In this document: piece after piece, positions 9,276-19,329 of the stretch | Position numbering within the stretch: position 1 is the stretch's first letter | Layout: each line of letters opens with the position of its first letter | Source: a virus | Reading direction: 5' to 3' (one strand) | Virus record (IMG/VR): IMGVR_UViG_3300032267_000592 | Coordinates: 21,667 to 85,666 of that record | DNA: 64,000 nucleotides | Made by a program: the position numbers and the translations under genes | The notes under the pieces: model-generated | What the model was told of the DNA's origin: nothing | Databases searched by the model: none | The model's input: only the letters and a program-made list of their open reading frames with translations

Positions 9276-11072
9276 ATGAAAAAAGTAAATTTTATTTCAG
9301 TAAAAATCAAAAATTTTTTATCAATTGGAAAAGATCCTATTGAACTTTTTTTTCAAAAAGGAATTACGTTAATTACAGGAGAAAATAAAGATAAAGGGGG
9401 TAAGAACGGAATAGGTAAAAGTGCCATAAATGATGCAATCTATTGGTGTTTATTTGGAAATACTTTGCGAGAATTAAAAAAAGACAAAATAATTCACAAT
9501 AAAAGCAAGTCTGATTGTGTTGTAGAGTTAAATTTTTCAGTTGAAACGCAAAATGAAATTAAAAACTATAATTTAATTCGTCATTTAGACCCAGCTAAGA
9601 TAATTTTAACATGTAATGGTGAAGATATTACACTATCCACAATTCCAAATACGGATGATCTCATAAAACAGATAATAAGTGCAAATGAAGAAGTATTTCA
9701 AAATGTGATTATAATGTCTGCCAACAACACCGTGCCATTTATGGCGCAGAAAAAGATTGATAAAAGAAAATTTATCGAGGGTATTCTACAACTTAACATT
9801 TTTAGTGAAATGTTAATGAAAATACGAGCAGATTATAACGAAACAAAAAAAGAAAACGATTTAAAAAGTGTTAATTTTATTAATGAACAAAAGATTTTAA
9901 GCATTTTACAAGATAATAAGAACAATTTTAATGAGAGTAAGGAAAATAGAATAAATTTAATTAAAAATAAAATTGAATTAAATTTAAAAGAAATACAAAC
10001 GCTTAAAGACAAAGATATCGCTGATACTAAAACTGCCAAATCCGAATTAGAGTGTTATAGAAATAAAGAAAACGATTTAAACAAATTACAGTCGGAAATA
10101 AACCAAGAAATAGTGGATTTGACATCGAGTAAAAAAGAATTTGAAATGAACGCAAGACAAAAAGATTACGAAAAAGATATTCTTTTAAAAAAAGGTACGA
10201 AATGTCCAACATGTAATAGAAGTTATTGCACCGACGACCTTGAGCATTTAACAAAGAAAATTGAAATTCTTAAAGATGAAATTAAAATACAAAATACAAA
10301 TCTTTGGAATACTGAACAAAAAATAAAGCAGAAAAAGGAATTAATTTCAAAACTGTGTAAAAATAAACTCAAAATCCAAAAACTAATAGATGAAACGATT
10401 GCTTCAATTCGTGAATCATCATTACATGAAGAAAAAATAATAAATTTTTTAAATAAAAATAAAGATTGCGAGAAAGATATTGAGAATATTAATTCTGAAA
10501 TTTTTAAAGACGACAAAAAAATAAAAGACATTCAAGATAATATAGAAAAATTAAATAAAGATTTAGAACAAATAAAAATTGAATTAAAAGTTTTAGAAAC
10601 ATCAAAATTGATTGTTTCAGAAGACGGAGTTAAAACCTTTATTGTTAAAAAAATTATAAATGTTTTAAATAACCGTTTAAGTTATTATTTAAATCGTTTA
10701 GATGCGCCGTGTAAATGCGTTTTTGATGAAACATTTGAAGAAACTATGTATAACGAACAAGGACAAGAATGTTCGTATCATAATTTCTCCAATGGCGAAA
10801 AGAGAAGAATAGATATTGCAATACTCTTTACATTTCAAGACGTTTTACGCTTACATTCTGGAAATCGTTTTTCTTTTAGTTTCTTTGATGAAACTTTAGA
10901 TGGTTGTTTAGATAAAAAAGGAACCGATAAAATTATTGAGATTTTAAAGGAGAAAGTAGATTCATATGATGAATCCATATATGTCATTTCTCATAAAACA
11001 GATACAACTTCTCAAATTGAAAATGTTATATTGTTAGAAAAAACAAATGGAGCAACTAAAATTGTTACTTAA
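9276..11072 (+). CDS. gp46: recombination endonuclease ATPase subunit (T4 gp46/SbcC/Rad50)
   Basis: KNFLSIG, Walker A NGIGKS, coiled coil with zinc hook CPTC, signature FSNGEKRR, Walker B FFDE, VISH. Confidence 0.93.
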   Translation: MKKVNFISVKIKNFLSIGKDPIELFFQKGITLITGENKDKGGKNGIGKSAINDAIYWCLFGNTLRELKKDKIIHNKSKSDCVVELNFSVETQNEIKNYNLIRHLDPAKIILTCNGEDITLSTIPNTDDLIKQIISANEEVFQNVIIMSANNTVPFMAQKKIDKRKFIEGILQLNIFSEMLMKIRADYNETKKENDLKSVNFINEQKILSILQDNKNNFNESKENRINLIKNKIELNLKEIQTLKDKDIADTKTAKSELECYRNKENDLNKLQSEINQEIVDLTSSKKEFEMNARQKDYEKDILLKKGTKCPTCNRSYCTDDLEHLTKKIEILKDEIKIQNTNLWNTEQKIKQKKELISKLCKNKLKIQKLIDETIASIRESSLHEEKIINFLNKNKDCEKDIENINSEIFKDDKKIKDIQDNIEKLNKDLEQIKIELKVLETSKLIVSEDGVKTFIVKKIINVLNNRLSYYLNRLDAPCKCVFDETFEETMYNEQGQECSYHNFSNGEKRRIDIAILFTFQDVLRLHSGNRFSFSFFDETLDGCLDKKGTDKIIEILKEKVDSYDESIYVISHKTDTTSQIENVILLEKTNGATKIVT

Positions 11073-11117
11073 ATTTGATTTTTTTAATAATGATGTTAAA
11101 TTATATGTGTAATATAT

Positions 11118-12419
11118 ATGGCATTAAAAATTAAAGAAAATCATGACAATAAAAATCGTATAGTTTTTGAATACAAACCAGTAAAAACGGGGATACCCAA
11201 TCCACCGCAAGGTATGCCGATAGGTGTACCAACATTTAATTATGTTTCTTTAAATGCTGTACATATACCAAGTCCACCACCAATAGAAATGCCAGAAGCG
11301 AATCTACCAAGGGCTATAAATTACTTAGCAGATTACGGTGGATGTGGATACTGGAGAATGTTGTGGCCCGAATACCTTTTAAACGTTCAACAAAAAGCGT
11401 GTATCAGTAGTTTAACTTGTATGGTTCTTGACGGTAGATTTTATCAAAATATAAAATGTATTAGAATGCAAAGACAAGCAACTCCAACCCAAAATATGTT
11501 TATTAAGGAGTTGAGAAAACTTAGTAGTGAATTTAAATTTAAACTATTGTACGAGGTCGATGATATCGTTTTTAAGAACGATATTCCAGACTATAATAGA
11601 TGCAAAGATGCATTTGTTTCTCAAGAAATTATAGATAGTATTATGGAAATTATGGGTATGATGGATGAAATAACAGTTACTTGTAATTTCATGAAAGAAT
11701 ATTATCAAAATAAAACTGGAAACAAAAAAATAACGGTTATTCCAAACTATGCTCCAAAATTTTGGATCGATAGATTCTATAATAGAGCAAAAATCGAAGA
11801 ATTATATGACAAAAACAAAAAAAGACCAAGAATTTTATATTCCGGTTCTGGAACACATGTCGATGTTCTAAATAGAACTGGTCTTAATGATGATTTTAAA
11901 CATATAACCGATGAAATAATCAAGGCTCGTAAAAAATTCAAATTTGTATGGAAAGGATGCTATCCTTTAGTGTTAAAACCATATATTGATAACGGAGAAA
12001 TGGAACATCTCGGATGGTCATCATTACAAGACTACCCTCAAGATTTATTTAACACAAATTGTAATGCTGTTTTTGCATCATTACAGGATAATACATTTAA
12101 TAAATCAAAATCTAACATCAAAATGATTGAATCTGGTGCATTGGGTATACCGGGAGCATTCCAAGATATGTGTACATATGAAAGTGCAGATGTTAAATTT
12201 AAATCTGGAAATGATTTAATAAATCAACTGGAACATATAACATCAGACTTTGATAGATATATGGATTATTCGGATAAGTCTAGAAAATACGTCGAAACTA
12301 TGTGGTTAGAGGATCATTTACAAGAGTATGAAGCTCTTTACACAACCGATTGGGGTTCTAAAGAAAGAAATGAGATGTGTCCGGAAATCATTAGGTTGAA
12401 TCCAGATCAAAAAATTTAA
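11118..12419 (+). CDS. GT-B (GT4-like) glycosyltransferase
   Basis: DYGGCGYWR, YEVDD, DEITVT, VIPNY and FNKSKSNIKMIESGALGIP motifs. Confidence 0.7.
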   Translation: MALKIKENHDNKNRIVFEYKPVKTGIPNPPQGMPIGVPTFNYVSLNAVHIPSPPPIEMPEANLPRAINYLADYGGCGYWRMLWPEYLLNVQQKACISSLTCMVLDGRFYQNIKCIRMQRQATPTQNMFIKELRKLSSEFKFKLLYEVDDIVFKNDIPDYNRCKDAFVSQEIIDSIMEIMGMMDEITVTCNFMKEYYQNKTGNKKITVIPNYAPKFWIDRFYNRAKIEELYDKNKKRPRILYSGSGTHVDVLNRTGLNDDFKHITDEIIKARKKFKFVWKGCYPLVLKPYIDNGEMEHLGWSSLQDYPQDLFNTNCNAVFASLQDNTFNKSKSNIKMIESGALGIPGAFQDMCTYESADVKFKSGNDLINQLEHITSDFDRYMDYSDKSRKYVETMWLEDHLQEYEALYTTDWGSKERNEMCPEIIRLNPDQKI

Positions 12420-12424
12420 AATAA

Positions 12425-12453
12425 TTGACCAATATGGAATATTGTGATAATAT
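12425..12453 (+). promoter_or_regulatory. sigma70-type promoter of DNA polymerase
   Basis: TTGACC-N17-TAATAT, ending 6 nt before ATG 12460. Confidence 0.6.
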
Positions 12454-12459
12454 TTCAAT

Positions 12460-15036
12460 ATGGCATATCGCAATATTTTTTATGATTATAAAAACTCTAC
12501 AATCCATTTATGGACGTGGGATCAATTTGGTCAAAGACTTAAACTAGAAACATCGTTTGAGCCTTTTCTTTATGTGGAAGAAAATAAAGCAACCGATGCT
12601 GTATCTATTTTCAATACATCTCTTAAAAAATTAAAGTTTAATAATAATTTTGATCGGATGCGTTTCGTAAAAGATACGCCGTTAAAGCGTTTATTTTATA
12701 ATTTAAACGTAGAACAGCAATTTTTATTGGAGACATATAAAAATGAGGTGGACAAACCAGATTTTGGTACACAAAATCTTAAAATATTTTACTTGGATAT
12801 TGAAACATATGCAACTGATAAGTTTTCTACACCAGAAGAGGCATCAGATCCAATTAATCTCATAACTATATATGATTCTTTGTCCGAACGATTCTATACA
12901 TGGGGCTGTGGTAATTATTCCACATTAGATGAAAGCGTTACATATATAAAATGCAAAAACGAAGAAGATTTGCTTAAAAGTTTTGTAAAATTCTGGAGAA
13001 AAGATCCACCAGATCTCGTCACTGGTTGGAATATACATGGATACGATATTCCATATATAATGAACAGATTAACCGTTGTTTTTGATGATCAATATCAAAA
13101 AAAACTTTCACCGATTGATAAAATCGAATTTAGAGAAAAATTTTCTGTAAATAAACTGGGTCGTCAGATTGATAGATGGTTTATCAAGGGAGTTAGCATT
13201 ATTGATTATATGGAATTATATGAATCTCTTTGCGGTGGTAAAAGAGAGTCAATGTCTTTGAATTATATTGCGGAATATGAGCTTGAAGAATCAAAAATAG
13301 CAATTACCACAACATCATTATCAAAATTAGCAGATACAGACTGGTTTACGTTTGTAGATTACAACATCCAAGACGTTAGACTGTTGGTTAATCTCGAAAA
13401 CAAGTTAAAATATTTAAAATTAGTCAGAAATCTTGCGTATCGTGGATTTATTCCTCTTGAAAAGTCTATGGGAAAGGTTGCAATGATCACTGGTGCAGTT
13501 GCAAGACAAGCATTGATTGAAAATAAGATCATTCCGACATTTAATAGTGAAAAAATAAAACAAAATTTTGAAGGTGGTTTTGTTTATGAGCCAATAAAGG
13601 GATTATATGAAGATGTGGTCACTTATGACGCAAACAGTCTATATCCAAACACAATAATTACATTAAACATTTCACCGGAAACAAAAATAGGAAAGATTTT
13701 AAAAAGAGATGAAACGAATGTGTTAGTTCAATTGACAACAAACAAAGAAATAACATTAACAAGAGAGAATTTTGAAAAAATAATTCAATCTGAGAAGTTA
13801 TGTATTACAAAATCTAATGTCTTGTACACTCAAAAGTTTAAAGGCATAGTTCCAACATTAATTGACAAGTTATACGCAGAAAGAGTCGCCGCTAAGAATA
13901 GAACGCTCGACTGTAAAAAGAAATTACAAAAAACCAATGATCCCGAAGAAGTAAAACAGTTAACGGAACAAGCAAACGACAATAATACACTGTCTGATGT
14001 GTATAAAGTGTTTTTAAATTCTATTTATGGTGCATTTTCTAATATATATTCTCCGTTATTTGATATAGATCATGCCGAAAGTGTAACACTATCTGGTCAA
14101 TCTGTAGTTAAAAAGGCTGCTGATTTGTTTTATGACAATGCCATATCCGATGGATTCACTGGAAAATTGGAAGATATCTTAATATATCAAGATACAGATT
14201 CTTGTTTCTTTTCTTTCAAGAATATTCTAATTAATAAGAACATTAAACTTGTTGAAGATTCTAAAATAACAAAAGACGCTCATAATATCATTGATGAATA
14301 TGGAAAAATTTTAAATAAAAGAATAAATGAATGGGCAACTTCCGAGTTTAGATCGATAGATCCTAGATACGTCTTCAAAAGAGAAAAAATATGTGATGTA
14401 GCTCTGCTGCAAGCTAAAAAAATGTATATATTACATATTTTAGACAAAGAAGGAACACCATCAAATGATTTTGAATATAAAGGAATGGAAGTAGCCAAAG
14501 CTACGCTCTCAAAACAAGTTAAATTGTTGATTAGAGACGTAATTGAATCCGCTTTAATGTCTAAAGAAAGGAAAATGGCAACAACTATATTCCAAGACGG
14601 ATATGAAAAATATTGTAAAATGAGTGTTGAAGAAATTTCAACAAGAAAAAAAGTAAACAATTACGAAAAATATGAAGATATGATTGACGTGGATGGTAAC
14701 TTCGGCAAAGCCACTCCGATTCATGTTAAAAGTTCTATAAATTTTAATGAAGCATTAAAAAAAGTAAAAATAGATAGTAAATATCCAATAATTACGAGTG
14801 GTACAAAAATAAAATTCTTTTATTGTCAAAAAAATATATTTGATTATAAGACCATTGGGTTTATTGATTACTATCCAACGGAATTATTGGAGATTGTCAA
14901 ACCAGATTATCGATTTATGTTTGAAAAGAATGTAATTCCCGTCATTTCTTCAATATTTCAAATTGTCGGGTGGCCAATACCAGCAATTGGTTGTGAAGAA
15001 GTTACAGATTTAATCAAATTATTTTCAAAAAAATAA
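12460..15036 (+). CDS. gp43: family B DNA polymerase (T4 gp43-like)
   Basis: ExoI DIET, ExoII GWNIHGYD, ExoIII YNIQD, motif A DANSLYP, motif B KVFLNSIYG, motif C YQDTDS, KKMY. Confidence 0.97.
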   Translation: MAYRNIFYDYKNSTIHLWTWDQFGQRLKLETSFEPFLYVEENKATDAVSIFNTSLKKLKFNNNFDRMRFVKDTPLKRLFYNLNVEQQFLLETYKNEVDKPDFGTQNLKIFYLDIETYATDKFSTPEEASDPINLITIYDSLSERFYTWGCGNYSTLDESVTYIKCKNEEDLLKSFVKFWRKDPPDLVTGWNIHGYDIPYIMNRLTVVFDDQYQKKLSPIDKIEFREKFSVNKLGRQIDRWFIKGVSIIDYMELYESLCGGKRESMSLNYIAEYELEESKIAITTTSLSKLADTDWFTFVDYNIQDVRLLVNLENKLKYLKLVRNLAYRGFIPLEKSMGKVAMITGAVARQALIENKIIPTFNSEKIKQNFEGGFVYEPIKGLYEDVVTYDANSLYPNTIITLNISPETKIGKILKRDETNVLVQLTTNKEITLTRENFEKIIQSEKLCITKSNVLYTQKFKGIVPTLIDKLYAERVAAKNRTLDCKKKLQKTNDPEEVKQLTEQANDNNTLSDVYKVFLNSIYGAFSNIYSPLFDIDHAESVTLSGQSVVKKAADLFYDNAISDGFTGKLEDILIYQDTDSCFFSFKNILINKNIKLVEDSKITKDAHNIIDEYGKILNKRINEWATSEFRSIDPRYVFKREKICDVALLQAKKMYILHILDKEGTPSNDFEYKGMEVAKATLSKQVKLLIRDVIESALMSKERKMATTIFQDGYEKYCKMSVEEISTRKKVNNYEKYEDMIDVDGNFGKATPIHVKSSINFNEALKKVKIDSKYPIITSGTKIKFFYCQKNIFDYKTIGFIDYYPTELLEIVKPDYRFMFEKNVIPVISSIFQIVGWPIPAIGCEEVTDLIKLFSKK

Positions 15037-15081
15037 AAAAACATATTGAAAATAAAATATTTTATATTAAATTAATAATGT

Positions 15082-15480
15082 ATGAGTGATACAACAACAA
15101 CAACAACAAAAACAACAAAATTAATAACATTCCTAGATACAATCGGTAGAACTATCTTAGGCGAAGTAACAACATCAAGCGATGAAACTGAATTGGGTGT
15201 AAAAAATCCAGTCATTTTACAAGTAATACAAACGGATCAGTCTGGTCGTATGTCAGTTCAACTATTACCAATCTTTTTCAGAGAGTTTTTATCCGATAAA
15301 ACGGGTGATTATGTTTTTCATTTTAAGAAAAATAACATAACAACTTCGCATATTGATGCATTGGACTTTAGATTGCAAGCCCAATACGAGCAAATGTTCA
15401 ATAAGAACAATGCATTTGTAGCCCCACAGCCGCAACAACCGGATAACTCGCAATCTGTGATTAACCTATTCGACGAATAG
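15082..15480 (+). CDS. hypothetical protein
   Basis: 132-aa ORF between the polymerase and uvsX, followed by a terminator; begins with an (ACA)n-encoded Thr run. Confidence 0.7.
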   Translation: MSDTTTTTTKTTKLITFLDTIGRTILGEVTTSSDETELGVKNPVILQVIQTDQSGRMSVQLLPIFFREFLSDKTGDYVFHFKKNNITTSHIDALDFRLQAQYEQMFNKNNAFVAPQPQQPDNSQSVINLFDE

Positions 15481-15505
15481 AATAATTGCTAAAAAAACAA
15501 ACATT

Positions 15506-15536
15506 AAAACCCACACTTAAAGTGTGGGTTTTTTTT
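15506..15536 (+). terminator. intrinsic terminator
   Basis: AAAACCCACACTT-A-AAGTGTGGGTTTT inverted repeat with a T run; the T run overlaps the -35 box of the uvsX promoter. Confidence 0.85.
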
Positions 15537-15562
15537 GACATTGTAATAATTTTTGATAATAT
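15535..15562 (+). promoter_or_regulatory. sigma70-type promoter of uvsX
   Basis: TTGACA-N16-TAATAT, ending 6 nt before ATG 15569. Confidence 0.65.
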
Positions 15563-15568
15563 ATTGTC

Positions 15569-16666
15569 ATGGCTAAAAACAAAAAAGAAAACGAAGAAGT
15601 TGAAGAAATTGGAACAATTGATGACGCATTTAAAGTTTTGGAAGATTTAAATCCAAACGCTGCGTTTTTGGATGAAAGTACATTATCAAACGTAAAAGAA
15701 TGGGTTGATACTGGATCATATGCTTTAAATGCAATTATCTCCGGATCTCTTTATGGGGGAGTTCCTGTCGGTAGAATTACTGGATTCGTGGGTCCATCTG
15801 CTACCGGAAAAACTCTTATGATGAATAAGATCATGGCAAATGCGCAAAAGAAGGGAATGCATACGGTTTATTTTGATTCAGAATCAGCACTAGATCATAG
15901 AACTGCTGAAAATCTAGGATGTGATCCTAAAAAAATAAAACATTGCCCAATTGAAATTATCGAAGATTGTAGAAATCAAATTGTAAAATTTTTGGATACT
16001 GTAGTAGAAAAAAAACTACAAGGAAAGGTTATGATAGTAATAGACTCTCTTGGAAATCTTATATCTTCAAGAGAAGCCAAGGTAATTCAAGATGGTAAAG
16101 ATTCAGCAGATATGGGTGCAAAAGCGGTTGCAGTAAAATCTATGCTTAGAGCAGTAACACACTCAGCAGCAAAGGCAAATTGCTTAGTGTTATTCAGCAA
16201 TCACGTATATGATAACCCAGGAGCATTGTATCCAACTTTGATTAAAAGCCAAGCTGGTGGTTCTGGACCATTATATATGTCCAGTGTCATTGTCCAACTA
16301 TCAACAAAACAAGAAAGGGTTGGCAGTTCTGATAATAAAAATGCAACAGATGACGTAACTCCGATTTCAAAAAATGTAAATGGACTGTCATTGAGAGCAG
16401 TTACTACCAAAAATAGATTCATCCCATCATTTTTAGAAACTGAATTATATTTGAACTTCAAAACAGGATTAAATCGCTATTCTGGTTTGCTTGAAATGGC
16501 AGAAGGATATAAAGTAATCACAAAACAAGGACATAGATATGTCTTGGGTGAAGAAGTTCTTGGGTTTTATAAAGACTGGAGAGATAAACAAGATGTTTGG
16601 GATAAAATTCTTCCAAAATTAGAGGAAATTTTACAACAAGAATTAAAATTTGGAAAAGAATCTTAA
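15569..16666 (+). CDS. uvsX: RecA-like recombinase (UvsX)
   Basis: DTGSYALNAIISGSLYGG, Walker A GPSATGKT, FDSE, VIDSLGNL, NHVY, GGSG and KNRF motifs. Confidence 0.95.
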   Translation: MAKNKKENEEVEEIGTIDDAFKVLEDLNPNAAFLDESTLSNVKEWVDTGSYALNAIISGSLYGGVPVGRITGFVGPSATGKTLMMNKIMANAQKKGMHTVYFDSESALDHRTAENLGCDPKKIKHCPIEIIEDCRNQIVKFLDTVVEKKLQGKVMIVIDSLGNLISSREAKVIQDGKDSADMGAKAVAVKSMLRAVTHSAAKANCLVLFSNHVYDNPGALYPTLIKSQAGGSGPLYMSSVIVQLSTKQERVGSSDNKNATDDVTPISKNVNGLSLRAVTTKNRFIPSFLETELYLNFKTGLNRYSGLLEMAEGYKVITKQGHRYVLGEEVLGFYKDWRDKQDVWDKILPKLEEILQQELKFGKES

Positions 16667-16711
16667 TTTTTACCTTGTAGTTTTATCGAAAACGCGTAAA
16701 ATCTCTTTTAG

Positions 16712-18115
16712 ATGACAAAAAAAGATACACTTTCTCTTGATTTGGATTATTTCGAAAGAATAATCATATATAATGCGCTAACAGATCAATATTATCTGGA
16801 AACTATATTAGAATTTGTTGATCCGGATTTCTTCAAGGATAAAAGAATACAAATAATTTTTAAAATATTAAAAAATTTTTACAATCAGCATAAAGTAATA
16901 CCGAATACAACAGAATTAAAAGCATATTTAATCACTCCCGAACAAAAAGAAGCATTAAAAGAACTTGCAATATCATTCAACGCTATTGATAAATCATATA
17001 ATAAAGATCTTTTAATAAAAAATACTGAAAAATTTTTAAGAGAAAAGTCAGTAATTTCTACTGTGATGGAAACAACCATCGATGCACAATCTGGAAATAT
17101 GGATAGTGCATCAATTCTTAAAAAATTCGAAAGAGCTTGTAGTATATCATTAATAGATGATATTGGTTTTGATTATTTGGAGGAAATTGATAAACACTGT
17201 GAAGACTTGAATAAAGTATTTAATACACTTTCAACTGGGTGGAAATGGTTAGATACCCAAATTGGCGGTGGATTCATGTCAGAAGGTAGAGCTTTATATG
17301 TTTTCTTCGGCGTTACCAATGTCGGCAAGTCTATATTTTTAGGGAACATTGGAACTAATATTTTAAATCAAGACAAAACAGTTGTATTAATTTCTTTGGA
17401 AATGCCAGAACAAGTTTATGCAAAACGCATATCCGCTCAGTTATCAAAGATACCATGTGATGATTTGAAATTACAGACAAGTTCTCTTAGAAAATTTGTA
17501 AACGAATATAAAGTTAAAAATAAAAATTCTAAATTAATTGTTAAAGAATTTCCACCAAAATCAGTAACAGTATTAAATATCAAATCATATATAAACAAAC
17601 TGATAAAAAATGGAATTAAACCGGATGCTATAATTATTGATTATATAAATCTCATAGCACCATCAGAAAACGGTTTGAGTTCATATGAATCAATTAAACA
17701 GATAACAGAAAATCTTAGAGCATTATCTTACGATTTTTCATGTCCAATAATTTCCGCGACTCAAAGTAACAGGTCTGGATATGGTGATAGTGCGCCAAAA
17801 TTGGAAGCAACGAGTGAATCTATGGGACTAAGCCATACCGTTGACGTTCAAATGTCCATATGGACCGAGGAAGGAGATTCGGATTTGGGCATAATCCATT
17901 TAGGAGTTGAAAAAAATAGATTTGGTCCAAGAGAAGTTTATACACATTTAAATATCGATTATCCAACACTATCATTAACAGAACCGGACGATTTAGATCC
18001 AACATTACCAACTAAAAAATCTCCGCAAAAATTAACACCTGATGTTCAGGATAATACTCAAGAATATTCAAATGTTGTAGATACTTTTAGTATGTTTGAA
18101 ACATTAAAAAGCTAG
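16712..18115 (+). CDS. gp41: DnaB-like replicative helicase (T4 gp41)
   Basis: Walker A TNVGKS, SLEM, IVKEFP, IIDYINL, SATQSNR, SESMG and KNRFG motifs. Confidence 0.95.
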   Translation: MTKKDTLSLDLDYFERIIIYNALTDQYYLETILEFVDPDFFKDKRIQIIFKILKNFYNQHKVIPNTTELKAYLITPEQKEALKELAISFNAIDKSYNKDLLIKNTEKFLREKSVISTVMETTIDAQSGNMDSASILKKFERACSISLIDDIGFDYLEEIDKHCEDLNKVFNTLSTGWKWLDTQIGGGFMSEGRALYVFFGVTNVGKSIFLGNIGTNILNQDKTVVLISLEMPEQVYAKRISAQLSKIPCDDLKLQTSSLRKFVNEYKVKNKNSKLIVKEFPPKSVTVLNIKSYINKLIKNGIKPDAIIIDYINLIAPSENGLSSYESIKQITENLRALSYDFSCPIISATQSNRSGYGDSAPKLEATSESMGLSHTVDVQMSIWTEEGDSDLGIIHLGVEKNRFGPREVYTHLNIDYPTLSLTEPDDLDPTLPTKKSPQKLTPDVQDNTQEYSNVVDTFSMFETLKS

Positions 18116-18148
18116 TTGTATTTTTAAAGGTTTTGCATAAATATCAAT

Positions 18149-19039
18149 ATGCAAAATAAAGTTTACCAAGTTTTTACGCATAAAGATTTGGATGGTGCTG
18201 GTAGTTTACTCGCGTTTTTGTGGGCAAATCCAGATGCACAAATAACATATAAAGAAGTTACAAATTTACAAACAGATAAAATAAAAGAGTTTGTAAAAAA
18301 CACATTTAATTTGCCAAGTACTTTAATTTTTGATTTGGGATTAAGAGATGATTTTTTGCCAGATCTAGATCACGAAAAAATAACATTTATAGATCACCAT
18401 ATAAAAACTGAAAATTTCTTAAAAAAATTTAAGAAATCAAAAATTATATATGAAAATTTAAAATCTAATGTTTTGTTGGTTAGAAAATTGTTTAAGAAAG
18501 ATGAATACCCATTAACGGAAGAACAAAAAAAATTAATATTATATATTAATGATTTTGAATCAGACGAAAACGTTTTTGAAAAATCATATAACTTAAACAT
18601 TTTATTTTGGACATATTTTAAAAATAATTTCAACGGGTTTATTAATTTTTATAAAAATGGATTTGTGGAATTTAGCGATTCGCAATTAAAAATGATAAAA
18701 TCTGCAAAAAATAATGCAAATGAACAAGCCAACAAATTAAAATGTTTTAAAGGGGAAATTATAATAGAGGGTAATCTTAAAAATATATTGGCGGTTACTA
18801 CCGAATCTTTCAATAATTTGGTAGATGATATTTTGATAAAAAGATACAATCCAGATATTTATTTTAATATAAATATTTTATCCGAAAAAATAGCAATGAA
18901 ACAACTTAAAAATAAACAAGAAATAAATTTATTATCATTTTGTAAGAAATATTGCGATGGTGATGGTAATAATAAAACCTGCAAAGGAAGAATGACGCCA
19001 TTATTTATGGAGTTGACAAAAAACTTTAAACCATTATGA
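18149..19039 (+). CDS. DHH-family phosphoesterase-like protein
   Basis: THKDLDGAGS, FDL and FIDHH motifs; the C-terminal GGGH appears replaced by GDGN. Confidence 0.7.
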   Translation: MQNKVYQVFTHKDLDGAGSLLAFLWANPDAQITYKEVTNLQTDKIKEFVKNTFNLPSTLIFDLGLRDDFLPDLDHEKITFIDHHIKTENFLKKFKKSKIIYENLKSNVLLVRKLFKKDEYPLTEEQKKLILYINDFESDENVFEKSYNLNILFWTYFKNNFNGFINFYKNGFVEFSDSQLKMIKSAKNNANEQANKLKCFKGEIIIEGNLKNILAVTTESFNNLVDDILIKRYNPDIYFNINILSEKIAMKQLKNKQEINLLSFCKKYCDGDGNNKTCKGRMTPLFMELTKNFKPL

Positions 19040-19329
19040 TAATAACATCTTCACAACAACTAGAAGACATAACAAACCCGTCAAATGCCATAAATGTGGA
19101 CGAATTTGAACAGATAACATTAAAATTTGCATCATTTATTTGTATTTCAACTGGTAAAAAGATGAATTATTTAAATTTTTTAAAATTTTTGATTGAAGAT
19201 AAAAACGCACAAGCAATTTATTTTGCTTTACTTGGAGATAATAATTTACAAAACATAATCAAAGTATATTTAACATGTACACCTAATATTTATAAAAAAA
19301 TGTTTAGGGCAAAACACTATCAAAAATGA
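19036..19329 (+). CDS. hypothetical protein
   Basis: 97-aa ORF with ATGA overlaps on both sides. Confidence 0.65.
   Translation: MIITSSQQLEDITNPSNAINVDEFEQITLKFASFICISTGKKMNYLNFLKFLIEDKNAQAIYFALLGDNNLQNIIKVYLTCTPNIYKKMFRAKHYQK

Noticed and set aside
14185-14202. Polymerase motif C variant YQDTDS as a sign of modified-base specificity
   Set aside because: The catalytic DTDS is intact and the preceding residue varies among phage PolB enzymes; this is insufficient evidence.
15091-15120. (ACA)n microsatellite as a phase-variation switch
   Set aside because: It is an in-frame trinucleotide run encoding Thr at an N-terminus, so slippage would not shift the frame.
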